Below are positions 59,304-60,982 of a stretch of 60,982 nucleotides of DNA, in pieces. The position numbers were made by a program, and so were the translations under genes. A model generated the notes under the pieces. That model ran no database searches. It was not told the origin of the DNA and saw nothing but the letters and a program-made list of their open reading frames with translations. Source of the stretch: Vampirovibrionaceae bacterium NZW_1234 (GTDB lineage: Bacteria > Cyanobacteriota > Vampirovibrionia > Vampirovibrionales > JAGQHJ01); NCBI GenBank assembly GCA_041697335.1, contig JBGUGD010000019.1, positions 1-60,982 of the forward strand, written 5' to 3'. Every line of letters starts with the position of its first letter. The stretch's first letter is position 1.

Positions 59304-59389
59304 GCCCCGGTGGCGAAATGGCATACGCAAACGACTTAAAATCGTTCACCCGTAAGGGTTTGCCGGTTCAAGTCCGGCCCGGGGCACCA
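59304..59389 (+). tRNA. tRNA-Leu(UAA), complete, with encoded CCA
   Basis: Acceptor GCCCCGG/CCGGGGC, anticodon arm AACGA-CTTAAAA-TCGTT, long variable arm ACCC-GTAA-GGGT, T arm GCCGG-TTCAAGT-CCGGC, ACCA end; TATAAT at 59283. Confidence 0.96.
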
Positions 59390-59472
59390 ATTTCATAAAG
59401 GTTTCGGCCTAAACGAATTGGGTTTGTCTAGTGAAATGAGGTCCTTCGGGTCTCACTCCGAAAGGAGTCACT

Positions 59473-60636
59473 ATGCAAACCCAATTCGCGTCTGTTAATG
59501 AGGCCATCGAATATCTGAAAATCCCACGATCCTCCTTCTTCCGCCTCCGAAAAGAGGGGAAAATCAAGGTGGAGACCCTTTACAAGGGTAAAACGCTGAT
59601 ATATAATATATATCGTATATCAGCAGAGTCATCAAACAACACCGAAACCGACGGCCCTATCGAAGGAGGGTCAGGAATGGCCGTCGATGTAGTAAACTCC
59701 TCTCCCCAAGAGGCGATGCCTCAGATTGTTCCACCGCAAAACCATGCCCAATATCTGAACGACTGGATTTTGTGGCGGGAACAGGGGCTTTATACTCGCC
59801 CTTGGTCTCAGGAATACAAAAGGAACTCCCTACGGTACATCAATAAGTATTTTGAGCGATGGGAGGTGATTTCCAGCAAGCACCTGGAGACATGGTTGAC
59901 GGAAACGCCAGTCATGCAGAAGACCTTGCGGGTCCATAAGCATGCCCCGGTTTCGTCATTCGCCAAGTTTCTGGTCCACAAGGGTCTTCTGAGCCGGGAA
60001 GAGTATCGGAATATCAAGGATCTCTACCCGAAAAAGAGTCCCTACTATCATCCGAAGCAACGGATTATTTACGAAGAGGATCTGGAGGTCATTTTGGAAG
60101 CCGCAGCAACCGATAACGCGCATCATTCCTATAATCGCTTCCTGAACGTGACTCTCATCCGGTTCTTATCGGCAACCGGGCTTCGGGCAAAGGAATTGTG
60201 CGACCTGAAACTAAGTGACTTGCACTTTAGCGACAAGTCCACACGCGCATTTGTCCATGTCCGGTGTGGGAAGGGCGGAAAGGAGCGATACGTGCCCTTC
60301 TCGTTGCAGGCTCAGGAAGCAATCCGGGAATACCTGAAGCATCGGCCAAACGTGGACGATGATCGGCTTTTCTGGGCCTTTAATCCCAAGCATGGTTATG
60401 TGCCCATTAGCCGCGATTGCGTGGTCCGGCGGATGAAGAACGTGAGCGACCGTTGCGGAATACCGTTTTCGGCGCACTCATTCCGACACTACCGGATTAC
60501 GCGCTGGGCAAACAGTCCGAAGATTCCCATTACAATGGTGCAGCTTTGGGCGGGGCATAGCAGCCTGATTGTTACCCAGCGGTATATTCATACCCGGAAT
60601 GAAGAGGCGCTTGCCTTCGCATTCGAGGGGGACTAG
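59473..60636 (+). CDS. Tyrosine recombinase/integrase with an N-terminal excisionase-like HTH
   Basis: TGLRAKE (R), GKGGKER (K), HSFRH, AGHSS, TQRYIH (Y); N-terminal SVNEAIEYLKIPRSSFFRLRKEGKI. Confidence 0.95.
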   Translation: MQTQFASVNEAIEYLKIPRSSFFRLRKEGKIKVETLYKGKTLIYNIYRISAESSNNTETDGPIEGGSGMAVDVVNSSPQEAMPQIVPPQNHAQYLNDWILWREQGLYTRPWSQEYKRNSLRYINKYFERWEVISSKHLETWLTETPVMQKTLRVHKHAPVSSFAKFLVHKGLLSREEYRNIKDLYPKKSPYYHPKQRIIYEEDLEVILEAAATDNAHHSYNRFLNVTLIRFLSATGLRAKELCDLKLSDLHFSDKSTRAFVHVRCGKGGKERYVPFSLQAQEAIREYLKHRPNVDDDRLFWAFNPKHGYVPISRDCVVRRMKNVSDRCGIPFSAHSFRHYRITRWANSPKIPITMVQLWAGHSSLIVTQRYIHTRNEEALAFAFEGD

Positions 60637-60655
60637 CAACCGCTAACCAGCAAGG

Positions 60656-60690
60656 CTCCATCCGGTTTTGGCCGGGTGGAGTTTTGCTTT
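60656..60690 (+). terminator. Terminator after the integrase
   Basis: ctccatccggt-tttg-gccgggtggag followed by ttttgcttt. Confidence 0.75.
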
Positions 60691-60835
60691 ATATCAGGCT
60701 GGAAGAGGGTAAAACTTGGCTCATCTGTTGATAGAACGCCATCAGGAAAAGGCTAAAGCCCATGATGACTTTTAAAATGAAGAGCATAATCAGGATGTTC
60801 AGCAGATGAACGGTTGTGGTGAGCGCCTGTTTCAT
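60689..60835 (-). CDS. 48-aa hydrophobic protein
   Basis: MKQALTTTVHLLNILIMLFILKVIMGFSLFLMAFYQQMSQVLPSSSLI; ATGA overlap with the upstream ORF. Confidence 0.55.
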   Translation of the reverse strand: MKQALTTTVHLLNILIMLFILKVIMGFSLFLMAFYQQMSQVLPSSSLI

Positions 60836-60981
60836 ACTTGCGTCCTCAGATATTTGGCAAACCGTTCCACCTGCCGGGAAAAGAACAGCTCCATATCCAT
60901 CAGGAAGGACAGCAGGAAGCCATCCAGGAGGCTCATCTTTTGCTTGGGCGGGCGGCTATACTGGCCGAAACCGGTCTTGAT
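60832..60981 (-). CDS. 3' end of a hypothetical ORF running off the window
   Basis: Open frame ...MSLLDGFLLSFLMDMELFFSRQVERFAKYLRTQV* with GC3-rich codons. Confidence 0.5.
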   Translation of the reverse strand: MKTGFGQYSRPPKQKMSLLDGFLLSFLMDMELFFSRQVERFAKYLRTQV

Positions 60982-60982
60982 G

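Larger units (their letters stand above)
59183..60982. mobile_element. Left end of an integrative element (prophage/island), continuing past the window
   Basis: Broken tRNA, symmetric att-like site, tyrosine integrase, small convergent ORFs. Confidence 0.8.

Overview
Bacterial chromosomal window. The gene style suggests a non-photosynthetic cyanobacterial relative (Vampirovibrionia/Melainabacteria); this is inference only. Left to right it holds: the 3' end of an RTX repeat protein with its type I secretion system and four glycosyltransferase-like genes; a hemE-hemN-hemH-hemY operon; a FliA-like sigma factor; nonulosonic (pseudaminic-like) acid genes split over two loci plus a Maf transferase; csoR followed by a Cys-repeat RiPP precursor with DUF692 (MNIO), DUF2063 and a redoxin; lexA; hsp20; a creB/creC/creD-like module; a run of orphan or enzyme genes; and the left end of an integrative element. 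Main candidates for new biology: (1) the element appears to have broken the host tRNA-Leu(UAA) gene at the anticodon loop without repairing it, and carries its own complete, recoded tRNA-Leu(UAA) next to an HTH-fused tyrosine integrase; (2) at least six unrelated proteins share a basic, acid-poor N-terminal leader ending in R-F-(x)-G, a possible undescribed export or targeting signal, found on protease-, phosphatase- and crotonase-like cargo (with a weaker variant on a deamidase-like protein); (3) a probably copper-linked MNIO RiPP with a GE[SAK]SC[AS]A repeat precursor; (4) several unannotated structured intergenic RNAs and a palindromic MITE. All calls come from motif reading by eye; no database searches were run.
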